Below, piece by piece: positions 49,101 to 63,700 of a stretch of DNA of 64,000 nucleotides. This DNA comes from Camelus ferus (taxonomy: Eukaryota). A program made the position numbers and the translations under genes. The stretch is taken from positions 75,952,001-76,016,000 of the forward strand of contig NC_045697.1 of the NCBI RefSeq assembly GCF_009834535.1, written 5' to 3'. Each line of letters opens with the position of its first letter. Positions within the stretch are counted from its first letter, which is position 1. The notes below the pieces were generated by a model that ran no database searches, was not told where the DNA came from, and saw only the letters and a program-made list of their open reading frames with translations.

Positions 49101-52100
49101 TTTCATATGAGGAGCCCAGAGCTCATAGCTGGGGAGGAGCCAGTGGGATTCCTGGGAATGGCATGTCAGGCCTCTGACAGAACCTTCCTTTTAGTGCACT
49201 GCACTTCTCCGAGGACGTGAGAGAGTTTGTATTTTGTAGGGGATTGGAGTTGGGTTCTTCTCACCCAAAGTTTTTTTTTTTTTTGGTCCCCCTTAAAGAG
49301 CAAAATGTGTACTTTTTTCCTGAGAAGAGCACCTTAGGCTGTTAAAACAAGGCAGGGAGTGGGCTGGGGGTGGTGCACATTCTAAGCTACAAATGAGCAT
49401 TTCCCTGAGTGTTACCCTGCAGTGCTTGATGAGGACTTAAGTAGACCGGAAAGCTTCTCTGGAGTCACTGACTTTGTTGACCCATCTCTTGTTCCTGTCC
49501 CTAAGTCTGACTTTTCTGAAGCTGCGTAGAAGAGTGATCAGAGTTACTTTGTATTGTTTAGTTTTGTTCTTTTCTGTTGGTACAGCCAGTATGTCTCTGT
49601 TGAAGTTTGCTTGAAAGCAGTGCAGTGGCCTTGGAGAAGCTCCAGGATCACAGGAGCCTGGCACAGTCACCTAGCTCTAAGCGCTCCTTTTGACTGTTCT
49701 TTATGGAGGGGATAGTTTCATTCCCAGGTGTTAACTTTGTCCTCAAGGGTATGGGATGTGTGTTTGTCAGGAAGTCCTTTGCTCATTTCCTGTCCTATTG
49801 GGCTCTTCTCTGATGTATTGGGACAATAAAGTCAGCCTCTGTCAAGCATATTAGTCCTTGGGCTTGGGGTGTGGCTGGAGATACTGTAGAGGAGGTAAGG
49901 CTTACAGGCAAAAAAAGAATGCCATGGAATATTTGGATATTGTAGAGCAGAAATGGTACCTCCGTCAGGTTTTGGGTTTCCTCTGTCAAGTCCTATATCC
50001 ATTTCACTGTTACCTGCCCCTTTCTTGAGTTTCTCATTTCCTTTCCTCCTCCTCCTCCCCATACCTGCTTTAGGCACATACCGCACTGCCTAGCTCTCCT
50101 GGGACCACAGGAAGACAACGCTGCTGCTCTCTGTTCTGTGTCTCCCCAGGGTTATGCTAACAATGCTATAATTTCCAGTGAGTGGTGGTCTAGCGCTTGA
50201 AAAGTGAGCAGGCTGTGAGGTGCCTGCTGGAGTTTGGAGCCCAGCCCTTCCTATCCTGGTTATGGGAACCTTGGGCGAGTCACTTAACATCTCTGCTTCT
50301 TCTCTTATCAGGGAGTAATGATTCTCTTCTCAGTGTTCTCGGAGATAAATGAGCTAAGTGCGTAGAACCATACTAGAACCGTGTTCAGTGGTAACTGTTC
50401 AACAAATGTTAGCTGCTTTTATGTAGACCCATCAGCTCTAATCCAGTCATAACTTCTCTTATTTTAGATTCTCTTAACTGTCTTTGAAGATAAGACAGGG
50501 AGCTATGGAGAGTTCAAACAATTCTGAAGATTTTAAGAGTAATTGTGTGCGTTGTTGAGAGAGATAATCTTAGTGCTCTGTTTACTCGTATTTGGGTATT
50601 AGAGTGAGCTCATACTCATAAAGCATTTACAACAGAGCCTGGCACTTAGAAAACACTACAGATGTGGCAGTTTATTCTGTTCAAAGTGCTTTAATGTCTC
50701 TGTCACTGCATATGATCATTATAATAATCATCCCTGCAGAGATGGCACCTGGGGTCAAGGATCAGAGGCAGAGCTGGGCTGGAATTTGGATCTCTCGATT
50801 ACTGCTCTGCTGGCTGGAGATCCCAGAGACTGAAAGAAGCACAGTTCTGCCTGCACATCTGGCCTCTGCTGTCTTTGGGGAGAAATGTGGCTTCCATGGG
50901 CAAGGGGATCTTTTGCGGGAATCTGGAATCAACAGCTATCAGCTTGACCTCTCCTCAGCTCTAGATTCAAAGTTAGAGTCACCTGCTGGTCATCTCCACC
51001 CTCTGCTACCGTCTTTCTGCCCATAATAGACTCAAACTCACCTGGCAAGACCTATGTGCTCCCTCTAGCTTTCCCAGAGAGTGTCCTCCTCTGTGAATGC
51101 CATTGTTCTTCCAGCCACTTCATGGACTCTGAAGATGGGGCGCTGTCACAGTGTCCTCCTACTGCAAAAGGTTCTGAGGCTTTCCTCTCTGAAGAGGGCT
51201 GTTTGCCCTGCTCGTCCCTTTGTAATTTCTAGACAAGGCATTGATACCTGAATTGGTGTGGAAGCCTCTTAATTGGTTTATTTCAGCAAAATCTAATAGA
51301 AAAAACCCACTCATTCTAATGAACACAGCCATACTAATCTCCCTAAAGAGCAGTTTGAATTTGCATCTCTTCCCTCTACTCAAAAAGTGTCCATCCTGGC
51401 AACATCTTTCAGAGATTTTTGAATATTACTAAGAGCTGGTTCATGCCACTGACATGTCCAGTTAGCCCATCGCTTTTCAAGAATTTGTGGGACATGGAAG
51501 TGGGGAGTCCAGGGGGAGAAGTTATTTTCTCTTCGTTACCAAACCCAGATGCTTATTGAGGTTTTTTTTTTTTTTGTTAATTATGTATTTAACAGAGTCA
51601 CTTAAAAATGGAGGCACATTTCCTTGGCTTTTTAGACATTTTTCAAAAAATATAAACGTCCAAGTTAAGAAAAGAGGCCAGCCAATGAACTTAACTGTTT
51701 TAAGAACAAACCAGTTAGTTTGGTGGTGGCGGTGGTGCTCAGAAGTCTCAACAGATTGCCCTTTTTCTGATTGGTGAAGTTAAGACAACTTGTGTTGACG
51801 GCAGAGTTAAGGCATTGCACAACCAGAGATAAACATAAACGCAGGCTTGCCAGCTCTGAGATATGCAAGTGATTTATAACTTTTTCCCTCCCTGCACCAA
51901 ATAATGAGAACCCAAAGGCAGGCCGCGATGCCAAGGCATAGCAGCCTTGTGGAGACCACTGACTCAGTGTACTTACTCTAGGGGGAGCGCCTACTCTGGG
52001 GATTGGGAATAAGTCAGAATTCGAGTGTGGCAGAGGGTTCATACAACTTGCATTTTTTTTAGAGAGAATGTAGTAGCGATGAAATGCAGCCCTTCTGTAG

Positions 52101-53369
52101 TGTAGGGGCATATGAGACACCTCACTGGACTAGTTGATATAATTCTCACAAATTCACCACTCAAGTTATGCTTCAGATCTGGTGATACGCTTGCAAAAAT
52201 ACACAAATCCAGCATGCCTTGGCTTGGCATGTTTCCTTGGCCCTGTGGCTGGAGTACTCGGTGGCTTTGATAAATGTGCTACTTACTTGGCCTATTTTTA
52301 CAGCTCTGAAGCACCCTTGTCTAAAAATACTTCTCTCTTGCCAAGCCTGCTTTCCACCCAGGCTGGGGAAGTCATGGAGCTGAGGGCATAGCCTTCAAAT
52401 AAATTTTTTCCATTGCAGACTGCTTGTTCTCAAGGTCTTACAGTGTGTAGGTCACTGTCATATAAAACAAGAGTTCTCAATGGATTGAGTCACATTACTG
52501 GCACCTGAGTTAAAGTGCCAGGAAGAGTCCCCCTGTTTATTGAAAAAAACAACATCTTGTAAGAGGAGGAAAACAGGCCTCTTCCTTTTTGTGATCCACG
52601 CTTCCACTACCATCTCCTCAGGAAGTTGGGAATAATTCATTGCATAACTTGAGAAGAATTAGCGTGATTGGTTTCCTTGCATCTAAGACTCATGAAATTT
52701 TTTTCTGAGTAAGAGCACTTAATAATGTAATTTTTAAAAGTCATACTAAGTGTGAATCATCAGTATCATTCTTATCAGTAAACAATGCTGATAAGCTGGT
52801 ATAAACCCTCCCCGAAACTTCTGGACTTAATGGTTGGAAGGTAGTGCTATGAATCAGTAGATTTCATGCCTTCACCAGGGGTCATTGTGATACAGGAACT
52901 TTAGTAGAACAGCTCGAGCTAATTGTAGACCTGCTGGAACTAGCCCTCCCAGCGCCATTGTTATGAACCGTCATGTTCCTGTCTTTTGATGAACATATGT
53001 GCACATTTCTCTTAGATCACAAGATATGAATATATTCAACTTCAGTGGATAATGTCAAACATTTTTCCAAAGTGATTGTACAGTTTACAGTTCTACCAGC
53101 AGGGTATGAGGATTCTTATTGCTCTACAGGATTATATTGCTGTTTCTTTAAAGTTTAGTCATTTTAGTGGGGGTAGTGACTTTTTATTGTACAGTTATTA
53201 GAATTTCCCTGCTTGCTAGTGAGGCGAGCCCCTTCTCATGTTTATCGGTCATTTAGATACAGTCTTAGTAACATGCTGTTAATTTCATTCCTGTTTTTCT
53301 GTTGTGTTGTCCTTTTTTTCCCTAATTGATTTGTAGGAAATGTTTATAGATTCTGATTAATATCTTCTC

Positions 53370-55890
53370 CAGTTCCCTGCATTGGCTTTTACTTTTCTCT
53401 GTGGCTGCCATGAGGCTTACATATAGCAACTTGTATCTATAGCAAGTCTATTTTACTTTGATAGCAACTCAAGTTTGAGCCCATTCTGGAGCTTATTTTT
53501 CTTTTTACTACCTTTGTATTTTAACCTTTCATACTAACTTTATAAATAATTGATTCGCTACCTTTACTATTTACCTTTCCAATGAAATTTATTCTTTCAT
53601 ATATATATTTGTTACTAATTAGAGCCCTTTCTTTTCAGCTTAAGGAAATTCCTTTAACATTTCTTGTAGGGCTGGTTTAATGGTGATGGACTCCTTCATT
53701 CTGAATGATAACTTTGCCAGGTTGAGTATTCTTGGTTGGAGGTTTTTTCTTTCAGCACTTTGAATATATTGTGCCACTCCGTTCTGGCCTGCAAAGTTTC
53801 TGCTTAGAAATCTGCTGTTGGTCTTACTGGGGGTTCCTTTGTAGGTAACAGGTGGTTGTTCTCTTGCTGCTTTTAAAATTTTTATCCTCATTTTTTAAAA
53901 ACTGAAGTATAGTCAGTTTACAATGTTACGTCAATTTTTTCTCATCATTTTTGACTTTTGACATTTTCATTATAATGCGTTTTGGTGTGAGTCTCTTTGA
54001 GTTCTTCTTGTTTGAAACTCTCTGGGCGTCCTGGATCTGGATGTCTGTTTCTTTCCCTAGGTTAGGACGCTTTTTGCCATTATTTCTTCAAATAAGTCTG
54101 CCCCTTTCTCTCTTTCTTTTCCTTTGGACACCATAATGAGAATGTCAGTATATTTGATGTTGTCAAATATACTTAAGCTGTCTTCAGTTTTTTCTTTCTT
54201 GTTTTGCTGCTCTGGTTGTCTGAGTTTTGCTGCCTTGTCTTCTAGTTGACTGAACTCTCTTCTGTTTCATCCAGTCTGCTGTTGAATCTCTAGAGTGTAT
54301 TTTCAGTTTAGCTGTTGTATTCTTTAGCTCTGTGACTTCTGTTTGGTACTTTCTTTTATTTTCCATCTCTTTCTTGAAATTCTCACTGTGTTTATCCATT
54401 CTTCTACCCAATTGGGTGAGCATCATTATGGCCATTACTTTGAACTTTTTTATCAGGTGTATTACTTATCTCTGCTTTAAGGTTTTTTCCTGAGGTTTTA
54501 TCTGGTTCTTTTATTTGGAACATAATCCTTTGTTTCTTTGGTTTGCTTGACTCTCTGTACAGTCGATGAAACAACTACGTCTCCCAGTCTTGAAGGAGTG
54601 GCTTCATGTTGGAAATGAACCTTGTCATTTAACCCTGCCTCAGCTCCTGATTGTCTCTCAAACCCTGTGCTTTTCCAAGCAACTGGTGTATTTTCAATAG
54701 CTCTCAGTAGTTGAGGATGTGCCAAGACCTGTAACTGTCCCAAAGGGGAGAATCAGCATCTAGATTCAGGGTGACTGGAAGCCAGACCCTCAGTCGTCAG
54801 CTTTTAAAAGTGTCCAAATATATACAGTCTTGTGGAACCACAAGCAGAAGCCTGTCTGGCCACCAGAACCAGGTGATCTGGATGTGTTCCCTGAGTGGCA
54901 GACACAGAAATTGGGGCTTCAGATGAGTGTGTAAGTTGTTTTCTGGTAGCTGTTGAAGAACTCTTTCTATGTTGGTTACAGTCCTGTGGAACCTATGAAC
55001 ATAGGCCCCACTGGGGGTCATTTCAAGCATACATCCCAAAAGTTGGAATGTAGCGATGTCCCCTGGCAGCAGTAGCAAAAATTGGGGCACCAGACAAGCG
55101 TATGAACTCCTTTCTGGGAGACACCAATTATTACAGTCCCATGGTGCCAGAAATGCAAGCTCACCTGGCTTCCAGAGCCAGGCAATCAAGAGGCACTCCC
55201 TAGGCAGCAGCCACAAAAATTGGCACACCAGAAATGTGCAAAAGCCTCCCACCAGAAGACTCTGGTGCTCTGGAGCATGGCACAGGGAGAGTGCAGAGAT
55301 GGTGCCCACCAGTCTCCATCCCTGGAAAGTGTTCAACAGGCTTCTAGATGTGTGTGTTAAATGAAATACCGGCTCTTCAGGCCAACACTTTAGTATAAGC
55401 AGGTCAGCTTCCTTTACGTTAAACCTGGCCTGATCAGCTGCCTCTGAGTTGGGCCCTGGGGTGTGAATCTCAGCACACAAGCCTTTTAAGTATAGCTTCT
55501 CAGATTGTTGGAGTCTGGTGAGGTGAAAGAGCCCTGTTGGTTTTCATAGCCAGGTGTTCTGGGGGGTCGTGTCAAGCATACATCCCCAAAGTTGGAATGT
55601 TCAGTGTGATTGCGAACCCTTAGCTCTTCAGGGAGAAGCTTCGGGTTCCAAGATCCCTCCTGGGGGTGGGACATTGCACCAGGGTTAGGGTTTATGATGA
55701 GACTGTGTCCTAGCCTCACCTTGCACCTTGATGTGATTTTCTTTTTTGCTTGTTGTGTAAAAACTTGTCACTCAGCCCGTCTTTAGGTTTTTTAAAGAGG
55801 AAATTGTTCCACGTGTAGCTGTAGACTCAGTGTGTCTGTGGGAGGAGGTGAGTTCAGGATCTTCCTATGGTGCATTGTAAACCGGAACTC
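53370..55890 (-). mobile_element. L1 5' portion (5'UTR with internal repeats, ORF1, inter-ORF region), antisense in HADH intron 1
   Basis: ORF1p remnants MLTQLGRRMDKHSENFKKE (54184-54435) and ILKAAREQPPVTYKGTP (53640-53891); repeated ggcagcag..aaaaattgg units. Confidence 0.8.
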
Positions 55891-56568
55891 CAGTGTAAAT
55901 GTTTTCACATTATGGGGGGAGGCCCTAAGCCACCCAGTGAAAAGAGCCCTGGACCTTCAGGAGACCTACTTTCATCTTGGCATTTCCAGCAGATGTATTT
56001 GTTCAGTCAGCATTTCCTGAGGGCCCACCATAGCCAGGCTGGGTCTATTTATTCAGCAGACAAAGGTAAATGACATTTAGTCAGCAGCCTGGAGTAGGGG
56101 ATGTGGCACTTAAACAAATGATCATAATACAGCATGGTGGATGCAGTGGTGAGGTCATGCAGAGGTGTACAGGGGTGTGCCTGGGCCAAGAGGATCTTGG
56201 GGTGGGGATGCCAAGCATCTGGAAGTGATACTCAGTCGTGGTTACTGTGGTGAAGCTGGGGAGAAGGCGTGGAGGTTAGAGGCAGTAGCAGATGTGGAGA
56301 GCTACAGGCCTTGTGGTTATTGGAGTAACAGGCAACAGTGAACGGTGTGTCTGGAGAGGAGATGGATCCCTTTCCTGGAGGACCCTGTTTGCCATGTGTA
56401 GGAACTTTTATTCTGTGTTCACGAGGAGCTGTTGAAAACTTTTATGGCGTTAGTAATATAGACAGAAGTATCTCCTACAGAATTATATTTTGGATAGAAC
56501 GCTTTAGTGCCTGTGTGTGATCTTAGGAGTATTTTTTTTGCTTTAGTTTCTTTTCTCAGTAAATTAAG

Positions 56569-56571
<3 letters not shown>

Positions 56572-56607
<36 letters not shown>
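56572..56607. repeat. (TG)18 microsatellite
   Basis: Read directly; sits at the tail of an antisense L1. Confidence 0.95.
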
Positions 56608-56608
<1 letters not shown>

Positions 56609-57265
56609 TAAAAAGTACATAAAATAAAACTTACCACTTTAACCACTTAAAAATATACATTTCAGTGGCATTGAAGTACATACCTGTTAAGTAGTAACTC
56701 CCCATCTCCCCTTTCCCCAGCGCTTGGCAACCATCGCTCCACTTCCAGTCTCTGAATTTGCCTGCTCTAGAGACTGCATGTACGTGGAATCGTACAATTA
56801 TTTGTCCTTTTGTGACTGGCTTATTTCACCTAAACTCTTCAAGTTTCATCTATGTTGTCGCATGTGTCAGAATTTCCTTCCTTTTTAAAGAATAAAATTA
56901 CATTGGAATATTTTTAGTGGAATCGTATTCCATTGCATGTCCATACCACATTTAGTTTATCCATTCATCCTTTGATGGACACGTGGACTGCTTATACTGT
57001 TTGGTTTTTGGGAACAATGCTGCTATGAACATGGTCTACACATATGTTAGAGTCCTTGCTTTTAGTTCTTTTGGGTATGTACCTAGAAGTGGAATTACTG
57101 GATAATATGGCAATTATTTTCAATTTTTTGAGGAACTGCCACACTGTATTCCACAGGGGCTGCACCATTTTACCCATCAGCAGTGTGCAACTGTTCCAGT
57201 TTTTCAGTATCCTTGCTGACACTTACGTTATTTTTTATAATAGCCATCCTAATGAATGTGAGTAG
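56608..57265 (-). mobile_element. L1 3' fragment
   Basis: ORF 56992-57222 (MVQPLWNTVWQFLKKL) matches the L1 ORF2 C-terminus; L1 3'UTR follows. Confidence 0.85.
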
Positions 57266-60200
57266 ATCAGAGGTTTTTACACTATGCCCTGATGGACTGT
57301 AGGGGTTCAGTGAATCTCCTTAGTGGTTCCCAAACCCCTGTTCCCTGACCTGTGTTTTATATATGGCTCTTCTGTATACATTCTTAGGAAAAGGGATTTC
57401 ATGGCTTAAAAGTTTGAAAGCTACCACACTGATCTTCCTGCTCTAAAAATTGATGATCTTGATTATCTGTAGCTAATAAAGCTGAATAATAAATACTTTG
57501 CCACTCTCTGACCTTGCAATAGTTCAGAAATTAAGGTGCCTAACTTTCCCTAATATATATGATAGAGAAGAAACCTATGTTGGAGGGAAACCTACGTTGT
57601 GTGTCTGTGGCCATCCTTGTCCTGGCTTGCACATGAGCCCCTCAGAGATGGGCACAAACACAGGGTCTGCAGGCCTCTGGCCTTGCCCACAGCCCCTTTT
57701 GATAAATGATACAGGATACATTGACATGCTGGAGGAAATTAAGCATAAATCCACTTTTGAAATTACAGGGTGGTCATATTACACAGCAGTTGCTCTCCAG
57801 TTCCCCTTTTGCCTGGGATCTCAACCACCAGTGCTCACCAAAATAACAGACACTTTTGTGGCATTTTTTTTCCACTTGGTAATTGACTAAAGATTCCAGT
57901 TATTAGCTCTTTTTCCCTATCCTTTTCAAACTAGTAATGCAGTTTTTTATAATTCTAAAATAACTTGGTTATGTAAAATTTGTTATAAAATGTTTCTAGC
58001 AACAAAACCGGTCATAATTCTTTGACAACTTATTCCTAAGATAATTTACAAGTTGAGGCTTTAAAAAAATAGGTCTACCATTCATTCATTCTTTTCATGA
58101 ATATTAGGTGTTCCCCTGTGCTAGCCATTGGGGCGGGTGAAAGGTAATATGTGGTTGCTGCCTGTGAGTTGCTCACTGTCCAGAGGAAGAAGAACAAGTA
58201 TGAACAACTAACTGTGATAAAGGCACAGATCGCCTGCTTGTTATATCTGGGATGTCACTTGAAACAGATGAAAGTTGTAGCAACTTAAATACCTTACTTT
58301 AAGGTATGTCTTTTACATGCTTAAGATCGGTATGATGTATAGGCTATATCTTCTTACGGTAAGGAAAAAGGGATGTTAAACAAGTATGTTAAAAAAAGGC
58401 GTATGTATATACAGTACTACATATATGTATATAAAGTTTATATTTACTGGAAATTCTCATTGGGTTGCAGTTAGGAGTGTGCCAGAACTACCCCATATTG
58501 GGGTTTGTGGTAACAACTTCAGACTCTGAAGTGGATGATGCCGTGGCTCTTTGGAAAAGGTATCTAGGTATTATTTTGGGTTCATCATCAAAAGTTAGTG
58601 TTGAAAGGAAAAAAAAAAAGTGTTGGTTAAGATTTCCATGTCTAATTTACCTTTCACATCTGGAATTTCTCCTACATACTTGTTGGATAATGGCCTTTAT
58701 TCTGAAATTCGTGAATTTTACAACATGAAATAGCTTACAACCAGTTCATTTTTGATTTATCTGTTGTATGCACATCCTGGGGTTCAGGCTGCCATCATGT
58801 AACTGGGCAGCCGTTGGTAGCTGGTGGCTCACACAAGCTCCACGCTATTTTCTTTCAGTGTTTGGAGTCCTACAGGAAAGATCTGCTGTATCTGTAAATC
58901 AGCGGAGGTGCAGACAAGAGACTACTTCTGCTAGAGGTTGGGAGAGATTTCACTGAAGGAGGGAGAGCCTCTGTTGGATTATGAAGGATGAGTTGGATTC
59001 CCTCAAGCAGCTCTCTGGCTGGGGGAACCCAAGGGCAGGGGTGTGGGGCTGTGAAGCAGTGCGAGAGAGGAGTGCGTTGTGGCTGGAGGAGAGCACGGGC
59101 TCAGGTCCCTCCGCTCCAGGCACTTGTTGTTGAGCACTTATTACTGGACAGCCACCACATGCAAGTGATCAGTGCTGGGGGATCCAACAACCAGGTCAAC
59201 GTGTGCCATCAGTGGATTCAAATCTAAGAGCAGAGATCCTACAACAAAGACCCACATGACACAGTTGACTTTGGTGTAAAGCAGCATGATGAGAACAGTG
59301 AAAATCTAGCTTTAAGGTTTCAAAACAGAAAAGAGGGCATTCATTTGGAAAAAGACTTCATGGAGGGAGTAGCTTTTGAAATGGGCCTTGACCGATGGAT
59401 AGAATTTCTTTGGATGTACTTAAGAGTTGAGGTTTTTTTAAAAAAAGGAAGTATTCAGCAAATCGTGACTCTCAGAATTGTGGTACCATTAATGAAGATC
59501 AAGGAAAAGTAGTTTTAGGGTCAAGCTGTTGACTGTAGCTTAGGACAGAATACGTTGGTTTCAGGTACAGTTGGAATTATGAGAGTGATTGAGATTCCAG
59601 ACAGAAAGCATATAAAGACAGAAGAAAAGAATATTGAAAGCAGGACCTTGAAGGATACCTTTGTTTAGAGGCTGAGAAGATTAAGAGAATTGATTTGGCT
59701 AAAAGGAACAGATAGAGATAAGAAGTAAAGAAATTGGAGATTTTCAAAAAGGAAGGCTTAGTTGGCAGTGTGTAGGGCTATGGAAAATCAGAAGATGAAG
59801 CCAAGGAACAGGCTTTGGCTTTAGCAATTGGAAGACCATTGATGCATTATCTGTACTTCCATACAGCAGTGGTGGTGGAGCAAGTCACATCGCTTGGATT
59901 TAGGAATTGCGTGGCTGGGGAGAAAGTGGGAGCGCCAAGTGTAGTGACTAGGCTGGCAGCTAACTAGCGTTGTGCACCTTGCTCTGTGCTTGGCATTGGT
60001 CTGCACACTTTAAACACATTCACTTCCTTAATTTTCACTACAGTCCTATGAGATGGGTACTGTTACTATTCCTTATCACAGATCAGGAAATCACAGAAAA
60101 AGAAGCTGCATAACTTGCCCAAAGTCACGCAGTCACTGGCTAAGCCAGGGTTTAAACCTAGGACATTCAATTTTAGAACATGTGCTTCACATTCCACTGT

Positions 60201-60409
60201 GCCCCCCAGTAACTGAAGGACTTCTGTGGTGAAGCGAAGGCTGGCTTCAGGTGGCTAAGGAAGCTTGTGGGTGTCGCCCCTGCTTTTTAACTTTCTTTTT
60301 AAATGAAGAGAGATCCCAGCCTGTTTGTAAAAATGGAAGGGCGCAGAAGGGAAAACCACAAAATGAAAATTAGAAAGGGAACAATCTGTGAGATCAGCAA
60401 ATGTATTTT

Positions 60410-60735
60410 CTCTTTTCTTTTTTTTTTTTTAATAGGAATATAGTCAGTTACAATGTGTCAATTTCTGGTGTACATCATAATGTCCCAGTCATACATATAC
60501 ATATATATATTTGTTTTCATATTCTTTTTCAGTAAAGGTTATTGCAAGATATTGAATATAGTTCCCTGTGCTATACAGAAGAAATTTGTTTTTTTTATCT
60601 ATTTTTATATATAGTGGTTAATATTTGTAAATCTCAAACTCCCAAATTTACCTCTTTCCACCCTTCTTCCCCCAGTAACCATAAGATTGTTAACTATGTC
60701 TGCAAGTCTGTTTTGTAGATGAGTTCATTAGTGTC
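60410..60735 (-). mobile_element. 5'-truncated young L1 3' end
   Basis: Poly(T), then gaatatagtcagttacaatgtgtcaatttctggtgtac...atattgaatatagttccctgtgctatacag. Confidence 0.85.
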
Positions 60736-63700
60736 CAGAAGTTATATTTTCAAAAGCCAAATAAAATAACTTACCATTGGAGACTGTACCTGGATCAGTA
60801 TTAGGCCTTGGACACTGGCAGAAGGAGGAAGGGGCCTGTCTAGAAGAAAATTGTTAAGCTGTTGTGATATGCCAGGCACTGTTCTGGGTGTTTAACATGT
60901 ATTCACTTGTTTAATCCTCTCAACAACCCTGTTGTCCGATTTTCACAGATGAGGAAGCAGCCTGTGGTGGTTCAGGAATATTTCTGTCTCACAGTTGGCA
61001 GATGGGCTCCAGAGTCTGGCCCTTGCCTAGCTCAGAGCTGTCTCAGACTGTTCCCCTTGGACCCAGCCATGCCTTTCGGGGTCAAGAACAGCCAGTGGTT
61101 GAGCTCTGGGTACAGGCAGCCCCAGCTTCAAAGCATGGCCACATCCGGATTTTGTTCGCTTACTCTTCCGGTGCCTACCCTAAAGGCTGTTGTGAAGATC
61201 AAATGGAGTAATCTATGAGGAGTGAAAGCCCTCTGAGAGCAGGGGATTTATTTTGTTCACCACCTTACCCCAGAGCCTAGAGCAGGCACAATGCTGTTGT
61301 TGAGTCAGCAGGAGGCAGCGGTCAGTAAAGAGAATGAATGTGGAGCCATGCGCAGCACCGCATTCTGAATGGTGATTCCCCTCCCTCCCTAGGGGAGCAC
61401 AGGGTTTGGGGTGGGAGCTCCAAAGTGCTCTCTTCTGAGGAGCCAATTTTTTGTTGGTGACCTTTGGTCATTTGGTGGAAAACGTTTTCTTATAATCTGC
61501 ATTTTTCATCCAGTATATTTGAAAGCTTCCCTGCTGTCCAGATTGTTTGTATACCTCAGTATAATTTCTTGGCTTCTAAGAAAAACACAGCACTTCATGT
61601 TCTATTTTTAGCTTTCAAACCAGTGTGTTGCTGAAGCCATGAATGAAGAACTAACCACTGGTGATGGCTAAGGCTGCCTCAGCTTATTGAGCCAGTCTGG
61701 GCTGAGAGTCGTGCAGCTTTCAGGTTGGACGTGGATTGCACGAGGGCAAGGACAGACTGCCTGCATCCTGCTCCATCTCGCTGGTAGCCCATTCAGATAC
61801 ACAGAAGTAGAATAGGGATACCAGCCCCACTGGGAGTAGATTAATAGAATCAAAGGACACTGGACTCATCCTGTGGAAATTTCATCAGGCATCTAATACC
61901 TATTGGGCAGTAGGCTAGATGTGGTTTGTTTGATCATTTATTTATTCAACAAATATACATTGAATGCTCACTATGGACCAGGCACTGGGATTGCAAAGAT
62001 GAATAGGACAGGAAGTTGCCTTCAAGGTGTTGCCAACCTTGTGTCTCTTGGATGTGTCTGCAAGAAATGATTGCAAGGAACTCGAGCATCAGGTTGGGTT
62101 GCTCTGTGTAGGTGGGTAGAATGAAAATGCTGCTGTAACTTGAAATCTCTTGAAGTTGTGCTCTAATATAAGTTTATTGCTGTGCAGTTGATTGTGACCT
62201 GCAACCAAGAGCTTCACCATAAAATGGAAAATATTTCGAGAATTTAAATTTCTCTTTTTTGCCTGTATTTTCTCCTTTCAGTTCTAACCGTATCCACTTT
62301 GGGTGTAAACCAGAATGCCCTTTTCTGTCTATGTCTGTGGAATGACTACACCAAAGATTTCCTTCATTTTTTCCTGAGGCTTTTGAGTTAACCAAGGGAA
62401 GAAGATCTGAAGTGGAAAGTGTTTAAAGGGATAGCTATTTAGAGTATACAATTGTTGCTGACTCACTAGACCAGAAATACCAGTTTAGGCATTTTAGAGA
62501 GCCCAAAATTATAGAAAATGCTCCAGTCATTTGAGGTAGGGAAAAAAAATGGAGCTAAGTTCCCGCAAAAACAGCCTCTTTTAGACCAGTGAGGTTCTAG
62601 GGGGCTGAGGGAAGTTTTGCAGAGTGAGGATATGATCGGTGACACATGGGGAGAGATCTGTCTTCCTCTCTGAGGTTTGTTCCTCCTTGCACCTCCTGTG
62701 CTTCTGTTGGGATGGGAAAATGGACAAACGTTTTACACACTCAGTCACTTTAACATGGTCATTTGAAATGTGCACTTAGCTCTCCTAGAATGTTGCCTGG
62801 AGAGCCTTGATTTAATTGCTGGGTTTTGGCCAGTGTCTACATAATGTGTCGTCTCCAGTGTGCTGGAGATGAAGCAAGGCAGTGAGAATTGCGCAGTGTC
62901 TCCTTGTGGGCAGAGACAGGGGCAGCTGGGGGAGTTTATCAGAGGACTTTGGATAGGCGTGGAAAATCAGCATTTAGGCTGAAAATGTTTTTTTGGCCAG
63001 GGGTTTTCTTGGTTGAATTTTAGTGTTTTTATTAGTGCATGTCTCTCTTGGTTCTCTTTGATTTTTGAGGGTGCTTCCGCTCTACGTTTGGCTCTGCTTG
63101 TAGTGTAAAAGAAAGTAATCGTAAGGATAGCATTATGGCTTCTCTGCAACATAACCAGAAATGCCCTGTGACTACCCCATCAAACATGTTTATAACGACT
63201 CTGAAAGTGACTTTCTAGAGAGAAGGCGTGATGCCCCCTCCTTTCCTTGTTCTCCTCACCTCTTTAGGGTTAATGCCTACTCTTTGGGAAGTTGGCTTAT
63301 TCTAGGTGTACGCCTCTGATCCAGCCTTCTGAGATCTGCTGCTGGACAGAATTCTTCACCATGGCAGTTTGTTTTTTCTTTGCCATTGCACATGTGGAGC
63401 CTTATATTATCGGCTGTTTTCTTTTCCTTTATGTTTTCTCAGTGGGATTATAAAGTCCCTAAGCAAAAGGACACTGTCCTCGCTGTTTCTATTTTTGTCT
63501 CTGTTCCCTTCAGCTTTGGCACTGTCTTGTACAACTATCTTGTCCTTGAATATTCCTCCCCAGCCCCTTGAGCAAAAAAGCCTGAGTCATGCCTGCTGGA
63601 GATTAAGTGGGGAAAGTGGATTGGGACCTGGGTAGGAAGGAATCTTAAGAATCCTGTCTGGCCTTTTCAAACGATGACCTAGGTCAGAGGTTAAGAGGAA

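Noticed and set aside
54797..55480. 227-aa minus-strand ORF
   Set aside because: Lies in the L1 5'UTR repeats, has a non-ATG start and no recognisable domain.
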